Part shown: piece by piece, positions 44,927 to 52,002 of the stretch
Numbering within the stretch: position 1 is the stretch's first letter
How the letters are laid out: every line of letters starts with the position of its first letter
Program-made: the position numbers and the translations under genes
Notes under the pieces: generated by a model
What the model saw: only the letters and a program-made list of their open reading frames with translations
What the model was told of the DNA's origin: nothing
The model's database searches: none
Assembly (NCBI GenBank): GCA_965197855.1
Contig: OZ240230.1
Location: 64,153 to 128,152, forward strand
Direction: 5' to 3'
Length of the DNA stretch: 64,000 nucleotides
Source of the DNA: Bdellovibrionales bacterium
GTDB taxonomy: Bacteria; Bdellovibrionota; Bdellovibrionia; Bdellovibrionales; UBA1609

Positions 44927-45124
44927 GTCATCCCTACGTATGTATTATTTACGTCATCCCTTAACACATGCTTTCCTGCCAATACATGCCACCCTTTGCG
45001 CTTGTCATCCCCCTAGGCACGTTGTCATTTCTCAAAGACCGTCATCCTAGCAAAAGCACAAGTCATTCTCATAAAAACACGTCATCTTGTACACACGTCA
45101 TCCCCGCGAAGGCGGGGATCCGCC
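44927..45124 (+). repeat. Array of 8 GTCAT(C/T)(C/T) half-site motifs at about 16-26-bp spacing (one 51-bp gap), ending in a family A hairpin (A9a)
   Basis: Motif starts at 44927, 44953, 45004, 45024, 45041, 45062, 45081 and 45097. Several are preceded by acac or ttac. The last runs into gtcatccccgcgaaggcggggatcc. Confidence 0.7.
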
Positions 45125-45152
45125 TTTCATATACGACTCAGTCTTTGTACGT

Positions 45153-45217
45153 CTGGATTCCTGCTTTCGCAGGAACGAGGCGGTGAGGTGCCAATCGAAA
45201 TCGCTGAGTCAAGTCAC
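45153..45217 (+). repeat. Family A repeat, long form (A9b), abutting the tRNA-Ser-linked tandem elements
   Basis: ctggattcctgctttcgcaggaacgaggcggtgaggtgccaatcgaaatcgctgagtcaagtc. Confidence 0.85.
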
Positions 45218-45238
45218 AGGCACCATATCTTTTTATCA

Positions 45239-45393
45239 TGCGGAGAGAGGGGGATTCACCCACTACAGTCACTCACTTCCAGTTCGTTCCTTGCGTAGGC
45301 TCACTTCAAGCACTAAGCAAAACATCCAGTTTTGCTTCTCCGTATTAGCTGTTTTCACAGCTCACACGGATCGTGTTTTCATTTCGAATCCCC
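45239..45393 (-). repeat. tRNA-linked structured element, Ser copy 2 (tandem; the 202-bp period includes the 47-nt hairpin spacer)
   Basis: Identical to copy 1 except for 2 substitutions that I could find (gattcAcc vs gattcGcc; agctGtttt vs agctAtttt). tgcgg anchors at 45239, 45441 and 45643 give an exact 202-bp period. Confidence 0.8.
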
Positions 45394-45440
45394 ATTAGGA
45401 CAAAAAGATATGAAATCTTCGATCCCATATCTTTTTATCA

Positions 45441-45595
45441 TGCGGAGAGAGGGGGATTCGCCCACTACAGTCACTCACTTCCAGTTCGTTCCTTGCGTAG
45501 GCTCACTTCAAGCACTAAGCAAAACATCCAGTTTTGCTTCTCCGTATTAGCTATTTTCACAGCTCACACGGATCGTGTTTTCATTTCGAATCCCC
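45441..45595 (-). repeat. tRNA-linked structured element, Ser copy 1 (155 nt): conserved core closed by a 9-bp stem and ending in the exact 3' T-stem/acceptor strand of tRNA-Ser
   Basis: The minus strand reads GGGGATTCGAAATG...[core]...CTGTAGTGGGCGAATCCCCCTCTCTCCGCA. The last 20 nt are identical to the 3' end of tRNA-Ser plus its 2 trailing nt. The core is homologous to the Ala-linked copy at 48504-48655. Confidence 0.8.
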
Positions 45596-45603
45596 ATTAG
45601 GAC

Positions 45604-45638
45604 AAAAAGATATGAAATCTTCGATCCCATATCTTTTT
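45604..45638 (-). terminator. A/T-rich hairpin immediately 3' of tRNA-Ser (candidate terminator)
   Basis: 11-bp inverted repeat aaaaagatatg (45604-45614) / catatcttttt (45628-45638). On the minus strand the second arm ends in a T-run. The whole hairpin is duplicated at 45402-45436 as part of the 202-bp repeat. Confidence 0.4.
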
Positions 45639-45644
45639 ATCATG

Positions 45645-45733
45645 CGGAGAGAGGGGGATTCGAACCCCCGAGATGGTTTTAGCCATCTACACGCTTTCCA
45701 AGCGTGCGCCTTCAGCCGCTCGGCCATCTCTCC
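45645..45733 (-). tRNA. tRNA-Ser (anticodon GGA)
   Basis: The reverse complement folds by eye into a cloverleaf. Acceptor GGAGAGA/TCTCTCC plus discriminator G; anticodon stem CACGC/GCGTG with loop TTGGAAA (GGA). There is a long variable arm (TAGATGG...CCATCTC), as expected for Ser. T-arm GGGGG-TTCGAAT-CCCCC. No encoded CCA. Confidence 0.9.
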
Positions 45734-46163
45734 TAGTCTGGAAATACATTCAATACCGAGTGTTATGCAAAGCAATAATATCTTTGTATTTTGACAAAAC
45801 TATCTAATATTTGAAAAAATTTCAATAGGAATCACTTTCAAGGATAGAAAGATTAAAAAACCCATATTAGATCAAAGAAATTCCAAGGATTGGAAAATTG
45901 TCCAATCTATTCCCATCCCATCTTCCTCCCTTAAAGAGAAGCTGGAATTTCTTCCATCAAAAGAAGAAAAAATAAGACCCCTTAAACTTATCGACCAAAG
46001 AGATCTAAGTTTTCAGGAATCCACTACAACTGCCAAAGCACCCGCTCCAACTCCCGAACAAAAATCTTCCAGCACTCCTGTTCAACAAACAACAAAACAA
46101 AAATCCAAATCTTCATACTTTGTTCAACAGCTAAAAAAACAAACTATTTATTACAACAAACTC

Positions 46164-48374
46164 TTGAATCACAAAATGAAAGCTTTATCTAATTCGCTCA
46201 CTAAAAAATACCAACATGAACTTCAAGTTTTACAAGATCAAATAGAAGTTCTTCATGAAAAACACATAAAAGAGATCAATCATATTAATCTCAAACATAA
46301 AGCACAAGAGCTTCACCTGCAGGAAACCTATCAGGAAAATGAAGAGCTGATAAAAAATAAACACCATAAAGATGTATGTAAACTCAAAGAAGCTCACCGT
46401 AAAAAAATAACTCAGTTTCATAGTGCAAATCAGAAAAAAATGCGTGTTTTAAGAGAAGCATCTAAAGGAGCAACAACATACGATAATAAGAAACAAATTT
46501 CTAAGTGGCTGAAACATAGAAACCTACTGCAGACAACCATAGGAAGTTTGAAACAGAAATTAGAAGCAAAATCCAGTCAAATCAACACCCTTAAACAGGA
46601 ATTGGATAGTCAATTCCAAAAAATTCAAAATGCTGAACAAATCCACCAAGATCGTATTACAAAAGTGAAAAAAGAGTATGAGGTGAGGGCGCATACTGCA
46701 CATTTGTTACAGCAAACTAAAATGAATCAGTTGCAAAATGAAAATCTTTCTTTAGATAAGTTTAAAGAAAAATATCATGTGTATATTCAAAATCTACAGT
46801 TAAAACATGAATTTAATACTCAGGAAATTAAGAAAAACTTCAGAGCTAAAATGTATGCTTTTCAATTAGCACATAAAAAAGAAATCCAATCTTTAATCCA
46901 GAAATCGTCTGCTCAATCCTCTCAAAAAGACTATGAAGAAAAGATACAAGCGATCCAACAAGACCACACTCAATGTGTAGAAGAGTTGGAGAAAAACTTT
47001 TCTGCTAAATTACATGCACTTCAGCTGAAAAATAAAGCCTCTCTGAATAAAATTAAACAAGACCACTCCTTTAAAAAAATAACTGCTCAGCATAAACAGC
47101 AAATAGCAGAAATAAATAAGCACTATGAAAGTCAAATACGCTGGATGAAGTCTGATTATGAGCAAAATACAGCCCTTATGAAGAAAGACTATGAATCTCA
47201 GATATACCACCTGGAAAGAGAAGAAAATCAAAAAATTAAAGAATTAGAAAAGATTGTTGAAAGCAATGGAAAAGATCAAAAGCTTTATAATGAACTTCAA
47301 AGTAAAGTTGAGAATTATCAACTTCAAGTAAAACAGTTAGAAAATACAATTCAAGACCAATCTGTACAGGAACAAAAATTATTAAAAGAACAAACTCGTT
47401 ATACAGAATTGATAGAAGAACATAAAAATCAAGTCACAGATTTAACAGAGCAAGTTCAAAAGTATCAATCTAACACCGACAATACTCAAGATGATTTTAA
47501 CGTATCCTTAGCTCAGCTTAAAACAAATTATTATAAGGATAAAGTTGACATCAGAAATCAAAGTGAAATTTCTATAAAAAAATTAAAAGCTGAATTTCAT
47601 GCGGATAAACTTTCGTGGATTCAACAGGTTGAAAAAAGGGAATGCCTTTTAAAAGAAACTCATCAAGAAGAGATGACTCAAGTGAAAGCAGATTTTGAAC
47701 AATCTATTCAAAAATTACAAGAATCACAAAATCAAATGGTCCGAAAGTTAAAAGATTCTCACAAAAAAGATATGAAGGAAGTCCGATACAATCTGGAAGA
47801 AGAACTCAAAGACTCTAAAGCTCACTATGAAAAAACTTTAGAAGATTTAGAAGATAATTTTACAAATCGAATAGCAGAGTTAAAAACGTCTCATGAAAAA
47901 CATTTGTATCAATTGAGCAGGGAAATGGAAACTGCTTTAATTGCTGAGAAGAAAAAAAATGAAGAGCTTACTCAACTTTATGACAAGGATACAGTGAATA
48001 TACAAAGAGAACTGTTTTCTTTACAGACACGTTTTAAAACAACTAGTGAAAGTGTGGGTCAATTGACTTCTGAAAATCAAGTATTGTTCACAAGAGTTCA
48101 TAAACTTTTATCTGAGAATCAAACTCTTAAAGATCAATACACTTCAATGCAATTAAATTGGAGTGAAATTAAACAAGAGCTGGAAACTAAAAATAGTCAA
48201 ATTCAATCTCTACAGAAATTAAATCAACATATCAGTCAAACTTTGTTTCAAGTTCGAAAGAAAGCATCAGAAAAAGTTCAAACACCTGTAAAAAAAGACA
48301 GTGTTCAACAGAAACAAACAGGCGGCGAAAAACAAGATGACAGCGATCTTATTTCTGAGCTTCGTTTATATTAG
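46164..48374 (+). CDS. Long coiled-coil protein (K/E/Q-rich), unknown function
   Basis: 736-aa ORF from TTG 46164 (first ATG at 46176), heptad-like and charged almost throughout. The same frame is open with no canonical start codon for 123 further codons upstream (45795-46163). Confidence 0.7.
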   Translation: MNHKMKALSNSLTKKYQHELQVLQDQIEVLHEKHIKEINHINLKHKAQELHLQETYQENEELIKNKHHKDVCKLKEAHRKKITQFHSANQKKMRVLREASKGATTYDNKKQISKWLKHRNLLQTTIGSLKQKLEAKSSQINTLKQELDSQFQKIQNAEQIHQDRITKVKKEYEVRAHTAHLLQQTKMNQLQNENLSLDKFKEKYHVYIQNLQLKHEFNTQEIKKNFRAKMYAFQLAHKKEIQSLIQKSSAQSSQKDYEEKIQAIQQDHTQCVEELEKNFSAKLHALQLKNKASLNKIKQDHSFKKITAQHKQQIAEINKHYESQIRWMKSDYEQNTALMKKDYESQIYHLEREENQKIKELEKIVESNGKDQKLYNELQSKVENYQLQVKQLENTIQDQSVQEQKLLKEQTRYTELIEEHKNQVTDLTEQVQKYQSNTDNTQDDFNVSLAQLKTNYYKDKVDIRNQSEISIKKLKAEFHADKLSWIQQVEKRECLLKETHQEEMTQVKADFEQSIQKLQESQNQMVRKLKDSHKKDMKEVRYNLEEELKDSKAHYEKTLEDLEDNFTNRIAELKTSHEKHLYQLSREMETALIAEKKKNEELTQLYDKDTVNIQRELFSLQTRFKTTSESVGQLTSENQVLFTRVHKLLSENQTLKDQYTSMQLNWSEIKQELETKNSQIQSLQKLNQHISQTLFQVRKKASEKVQTPVKKDSVQQKQTGGEKQDDSDLISELRLY

Positions 48375-48385
48375 TATATCTATAT

Positions 48386-48458
48386 GGGGCTGTAGCTCAG
48401 CTGGGAGAGCGCGACGCTGGCAGTGTCGAGGTCAGGGGTTCGATCCCCCTCAGCTCCA
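48386..48458 (+). tRNA. tRNA-Ala (anticodon GGC)
   Basis: GGGGCTG acceptor (G3:T70 pair present), D-arm GCTC-AGCTGGGA-GAGC and anticodon stem CGACG/TGTCG with loop CTGGCAG (GGC). T-arm AGGGG-TTCGATC-CCCCT and 3' strand CAGCTCC plus A. No encoded CCA. Confidence 0.9.
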
Positions 48459-48467
48459 ATAAAAAAA

Positions 48468-48496
48468 AGAGGGGGCTGTAAGCTCTCTCTTTTTTT
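48468..48496 (+). terminator. Rho-independent terminator after tRNA-Ala
   Basis: 10-bp stem agagggggct (48468-48477) / agctctctct (48481-48490) with two G-T wobbles and loop gta, followed by tttttt (48491-48496). Confidence 0.75.
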
Positions 48497-48503
48497 GTCG
48501 GAA

Positions 48504-48655
48504 GGGGGATCGAATTGAAGTCTCGATTCGTGTTGGCTGTGAAACAGCTAATACGAAGAAACAAAACTAGATGTTTTGCTTAGAGACTGAAGAGAGTCTA
48601 CGCAAGTTGTGAGCGTGAAGCGAACAACTGTAGTGGGCGATCCCCCTCAGCTCCA
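48504..48655 (+). repeat. tRNA-linked structured element, Ala copy (152 nt): same core as the Ser copies but ending in the exact 3' T-stem/acceptor strand of tRNA-Ala
   Basis: It reads GGGGGATCGAATTGAAG...[core]...CTGTAGTGGGCGATCCCCCTCAGCTCCA. The last 18 nt (CGATCCCCCTCAGCTCCA) are identical to tRNA-Ala 48441-48458. The closing stem is 48504-48512 / 48638-48646. Internal hairpins are at 48536-48548, 48562-48578, 48584-48599 and 48605-48629. Confidence 0.8.
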
Positions 48656-48800
48656 TGTCAAATGGCAATAAAGTGTGAATATTTTACATTCCTTTAGAGA
48701 TAATTTAATATGTTTATGAAAAATAATACTATTTTATTGGCTTTTATAGTGTTTTCGAATATATCAGTAATTAATATATTTTTAATAAAGGAAAACAATT

Positions 48801-49097
48801 ATGAAAAATATTTCAATAGTTTTAGCGCTTATTTTCATTACTCCTCTTTCATCTTTAGCGGATGATGAAGAAACCACACAAGGAAAACAATATGTATGTA
48901 CAAAGGAAAACGAAACAGTAATAGTAGAAAAATTAACATCGAGAGAAGAAGTTTCTTCTTGCTATATACTTATTAATGAGTCTGATACACAGGCACTCCT
49001 ACCTTCTAAAAATGATGACACTTGTGAGATAGACTTAGCAGAACATATAGTAAAATATATAAATGAAGGATATGCCTGTTCTATTAGGTTGTATTAG
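48801..49097 (+). CDS. Small secreted protein (98 aa), unknown
   Basis: Signal peptide MKNISIVLALIFITPLSSLA, four Cys, and an SD-like aaggaaa upstream. Confidence 0.5.
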   Translation: MKNISIVLALIFITPLSSLADDEETTQGKQYVCTKENETVIVEKLTSREEVSSCYILINESDTQALLPSKNDDTCEIDLAEHIVKYINEGYACSIRLY

Positions 49098-49248
49098 TAA
49101 ATCCAATTTAAATAAAAGCAATAAATAATAGAACTCGTTGCGATCAAATTCTACAGCAATATGAAGCTGAAGATTTTTCTAAATAATAAAAAGAATGATT
49201 TATGAAGAAATGTGATCTTTATACAGTGGTTTTGATTAAATTTACATC

Positions 49249-49276
49249 TGGATTCCTGCCTGCGCAGGAATGACGT
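49249..49276. repeat. Family A hairpin-only module (A10), downstream of the Omp85 gene stop
   Basis: ctggattcctgcctgcgcaggaatgacgta, with stem attcctgc/gcaggaat. Confidence 0.65.
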
Positions 49277-49323
49277 ATTATATACAGGAGTAATAAAATC
49301 TATAAATAATCTTTGACTTATGA

Positions 49324-51810
49324 TTAGAAGAAGCCGATAGAGAAATCTGTGTGAATCATGTCAAGCCTTCCATCTTTTGTCTTATGTGTACGAGTGTCTA
49401 AACGATATCCTACATTAATTACTGCAGGAATACCAAGAGGGGTTAACCCATAAAGACCCACACCTACAGAATGCCCATAAGACCTTTCTAATTTTGTTTT
49501 ATGCAAGAAAACCAAACCTCCGTCATAAAATAAAGTCAAACCTAACCTTCGATCAATAGGTATCCTCACTTCATTTTTGGCTAATACATAAGCAGAAGAA
49601 TAAGGTTTGTTCTCAAGAGCATTTTTAATAGGTAACTCGTCAGTACTTGGAACCCGATGCGCATGGTCCCCTCTATGTTCTCCATTATATCCACGTAAAG
49701 ATCCCACTCCCCCTAAAATAAACAAGCGGCCCACAGGCACCTGCCCTGAGTTGATTCGATAAACTACACCTCCATGTATCGATTGAGCAAAAATAGCATT
49801 TGTATAGATAATAGGTGCATAATAAGTGTGTTTTGCTTCTGCTCTTATAAAATGAATATCTTTATGAGCTCCAATAAAAGGGCTGGAATAATTTAAAGTT
49901 GATTCAAATTGAAAACCTTTTTTTGGAAAGAACCTATTGTCTCTCCGATCCACTCTAACTTCCAAGCCTGTTTCTGCAATGATAGTTTGGTTTTTAAATT
50001 TAGATATCATTTGATTTTGGATCTTATCTGGATAGAAAAGGAAATCTTGAATATGTGAACTGCTTAAATCCACTTCCCAGATTTTAAAATTTAATAAAGT
50101 GTTTAAATCAAATTTTCTTTCTAAATTAAAACTAAACTTATGAGATTTAAGCCACTCCACTTGTTCTGAGCTATCCAAATAAGATATATCTGAATCTTGA
50201 AGTGGAGATAGTTTCACAAATGAGTATATACTATTTGCATGTGAATAACTCATTTGTCCGCTCCATCTGGTCCCTAATACATAGTATCTTTTATAACTAC
50301 CAGATAAAGAGTAAGGTAAATATTGTCCAATAGATTGAGGATTTGTAAAAGTATTCCATCGAGCAGAAGGAAGATAAAACATATTTCTAAAAAGACGGTA
50401 GTTAGGCTGAGTCTCCATATTCAATAATAATTGGCTGTTATTATCTTTAAATACATTTTTCGTATTTAATTCAGCTAAAATTCTACCTGATAATGTATGT
50501 TCTGTGTTAACTCCTAATCTAAATCGAAGAGAATTAAATGTATTTTCTTGTACAGAAATAGCCACAGAATCTCCTTGGCTGGGCTGAATATCTACACGAG
50601 TAAAAAGTCCTAAATCTTCTATAAAATCAAGAGATTGCCTGATTTTTTTATAGGTTAGAATATCATCTGATTTTAATGAAGAGGCATGAATAATAAAATC
50701 AGAATCAATTTTTTTATTTCCTTCAACTTTTATATTCTTAGCGTAAACCTTTTGGCCTTCTGAAATTTGAACTGTAATAATAGCGGACTTAGAAACTCTT
50801 AGAATTTTAACTAGATTTTCTTTATTAATTTCAACCCGAAGAAAACCTTTTTCAAAATACTTTTGTATAAGTTTTCCAACATTTTCTTCTAATTTTGGAA
50901 TATCCAGGTTTTCATCTGGTTTTAAGTCAATAATATTTTGAATTGTCTTTTTATTAAATTGCCGATTTCCTTTAATGACAATTTTTTCTATTGTTATGGG
51001 AGTTTGTTCATTCAGGATAATTTCAATAAAAACTTTATTTTGTTTATAAAAAATATTCTTATGGTAAATAACAGCATTGTAAAATCCTCTTTTTCTTAAA
51101 TGGGTTACCACTTTTTGTAATGTGGACTCAAATTCTTTTTCCACATAATAATTGGATTTAAGAGAGTTAGTGGCATAAGTTTTAAACAAACGCAAATAAC
51201 GATCACTCTCTTTATCGATGACACCGGATATTTTTAAATCATGTATCATAAACGGCTGACCTTCAGTAAGGTTCATTCTTAAGTAATGAATATATTTTGA
51301 TTTTTTAATAAGAGAGGATTCTAATTTTATATTGTTAAAAGCTAACGATTTATAATATGCTATAATTTGGTTTTGAATGATGTTTGTAAAGTTTGGATGA
51401 TTTAGTAAGTTTTCTTTATTTATAATTTTGTATAAAGTGGAAGTACGCACTTGTTTGTTTCCACGTATAATAAAATGATATTGCAAGGGATTGTTTACCT
51501 TGTAACTTAAAACAGATTTACGAGGTTGAACCATTTGAACAACAGGGGTATGAAGGGTTGCCTGCAGATATTTATTGTTGAGTAGATAATCAATAATTTC
51601 TGATTGAATTTCATTCATTGTATCTTGGGTAGAGAAGCTTCCTCGATACTGGCGCAGAAGTTTTTCTAAATTATTTTTTAATTTTGTATTTTCAGTGATA
51701 ATGTGAATATCTGTTATTGTTATTGAGGAATGTACAAGCTCTTTAGCTTCAATTCCATGAGCTAAAAAAACTATCAGGTAACATTTTTTTATCCATTTAA
51801 AATAAGCCAT
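49324..51810 (-). CDS. Omp85/BamA-family outer-membrane protein (POTRA repeats plus C-terminal beta-barrel), a possible TamA-like partner of TamB
   Basis: 828 aa with a signal peptide. The N-terminal two-thirds has POTRA-like repeats (for example ITIEKIVIKGNRQFNKKTIQNIIDLKPDENLD and KNIKVEGNKKIDSDFIIHASSLKSDDILTYKKIRQS). The barrel carries the Omp85 motif GGVGSLRGY and a terminal F. It is located directly downstream of the TamB-like gene. Confidence 0.75.
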   Translation of the reverse strand: MAYFKWIKKCYLIVFLAHGIEAKELVHSSITITDIHIITENTKLKNNLEKLLRQYRGSFSTQDTMNEIQSEIIDYLLNNKYLQATLHTPVVQMVQPRKSVLSYKVNNPLQYHFIIRGNKQVRTSTLYKIINKENLLNHPNFTNIIQNQIIAYYKSLAFNNIKLESSLIKKSKYIHYLRMNLTEGQPFMIHDLKISGVIDKESDRYLRLFKTYATNSLKSNYYVEKEFESTLQKVVTHLRKRGFYNAVIYHKNIFYKQNKVFIEIILNEQTPITIEKIVIKGNRQFNKKTIQNIIDLKPDENLDIPKLEENVGKLIQKYFEKGFLRVEINKENLVKILRVSKSAIITVQISEGQKVYAKNIKVEGNKKIDSDFIIHASSLKSDDILTYKKIRQSLDFIEDLGLFTRVDIQPSQGDSVAISVQENTFNSLRFRLGVNTEHTLSGRILAELNTKNVFKDNNSQLLLNMETQPNYRLFRNMFYLPSARWNTFTNPQSIGQYLPYSLSGSYKRYYVLGTRWSGQMSYSHANSIYSFVKLSPLQDSDISYLDSSEQVEWLKSHKFSFNLERKFDLNTLLNFKIWEVDLSSSHIQDFLFYPDKIQNQMISKFKNQTIIAETGLEVRVDRRDNRFFPKKGFQFESTLNYSSPFIGAHKDIHFIRAEAKHTYYAPIIYTNAIFAQSIHGGVVYRINSGQVPVGRLFILGGVGSLRGYNGEHRGDHAHRVPSTDELPIKNALENKPYSSAYVLAKNEVRIPIDRRLGLTLFYDGGLVFLHKTKLERSYGHSVGVGLYGLTPLGIPAVINVGYRLDTRTHKTKDGRLDMIHTDFSIGFF

Positions 51811-52002
51811 TCACTTCGTAGATCCTTTATTTATATCCTTTAAGTATACTAGTAAAATAGCATATTTATAAGTATATTTTAAGATAAAGTATGAAGTATT
51901 TTGAATTTTAAAAAGATACAAAACTCTATCTTAAACATACTGAGTATCCTCTCTATGCTTAGGAGAATCAATTTTTTTATTTTTTATTAAAACTAAGTTT
52001 TA

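Noticed and set aside
45221-45660. Possible CRISPR array, suggested by regularly spaced repeats next to high-GC palindromes
   Set aside because: The period is 202 bp and the whole unit is repeated, so there are no unique spacers. The repeat contains a tRNA 3' end copy. No cas genes are in the window.
44968-45794. Six ORFs of 64-103 aa in the track (44968-45186, 45087-45398, 45332-45550, 45373-45600, 45534-45794, 45581-45775)
   Set aside because: They are translations of family A repeats, the 202-bp tandem units and the tRNA-Ser gene itself. Their peptide sequences repeat with the DNA period, and none has a credible RBS.
45596-48503. Genomic island or prophage integrated at tRNA-Ser or tRNA-Ala
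   Set aside because: No integrase, excisionase, phage or transposase gene is present between or beside the tRNA 3'-end duplications in this window. The duplicated segments enclose only about 130-200 bp. I kept it only as one hypothesis (a degenerate miniature element) in the findings.
48504-48655. tmRNA (ssrA) or a piece of a two-piece tmRNA. The element ends in the Ala-type acceptor strand CAGCTCCA and contains GCTAATACG..., which reads like an AN-type tag start.
   Set aside because: The element is only about 150 nt and has no 5' acceptor partner. The putative tag frame ends ANTKKQN-stop, without the hydrophobic C-terminus expected of degradation tags. Homologous copies end in a Ser-type acceptor strand, which is incompatible with the Ala identity of tmRNA.
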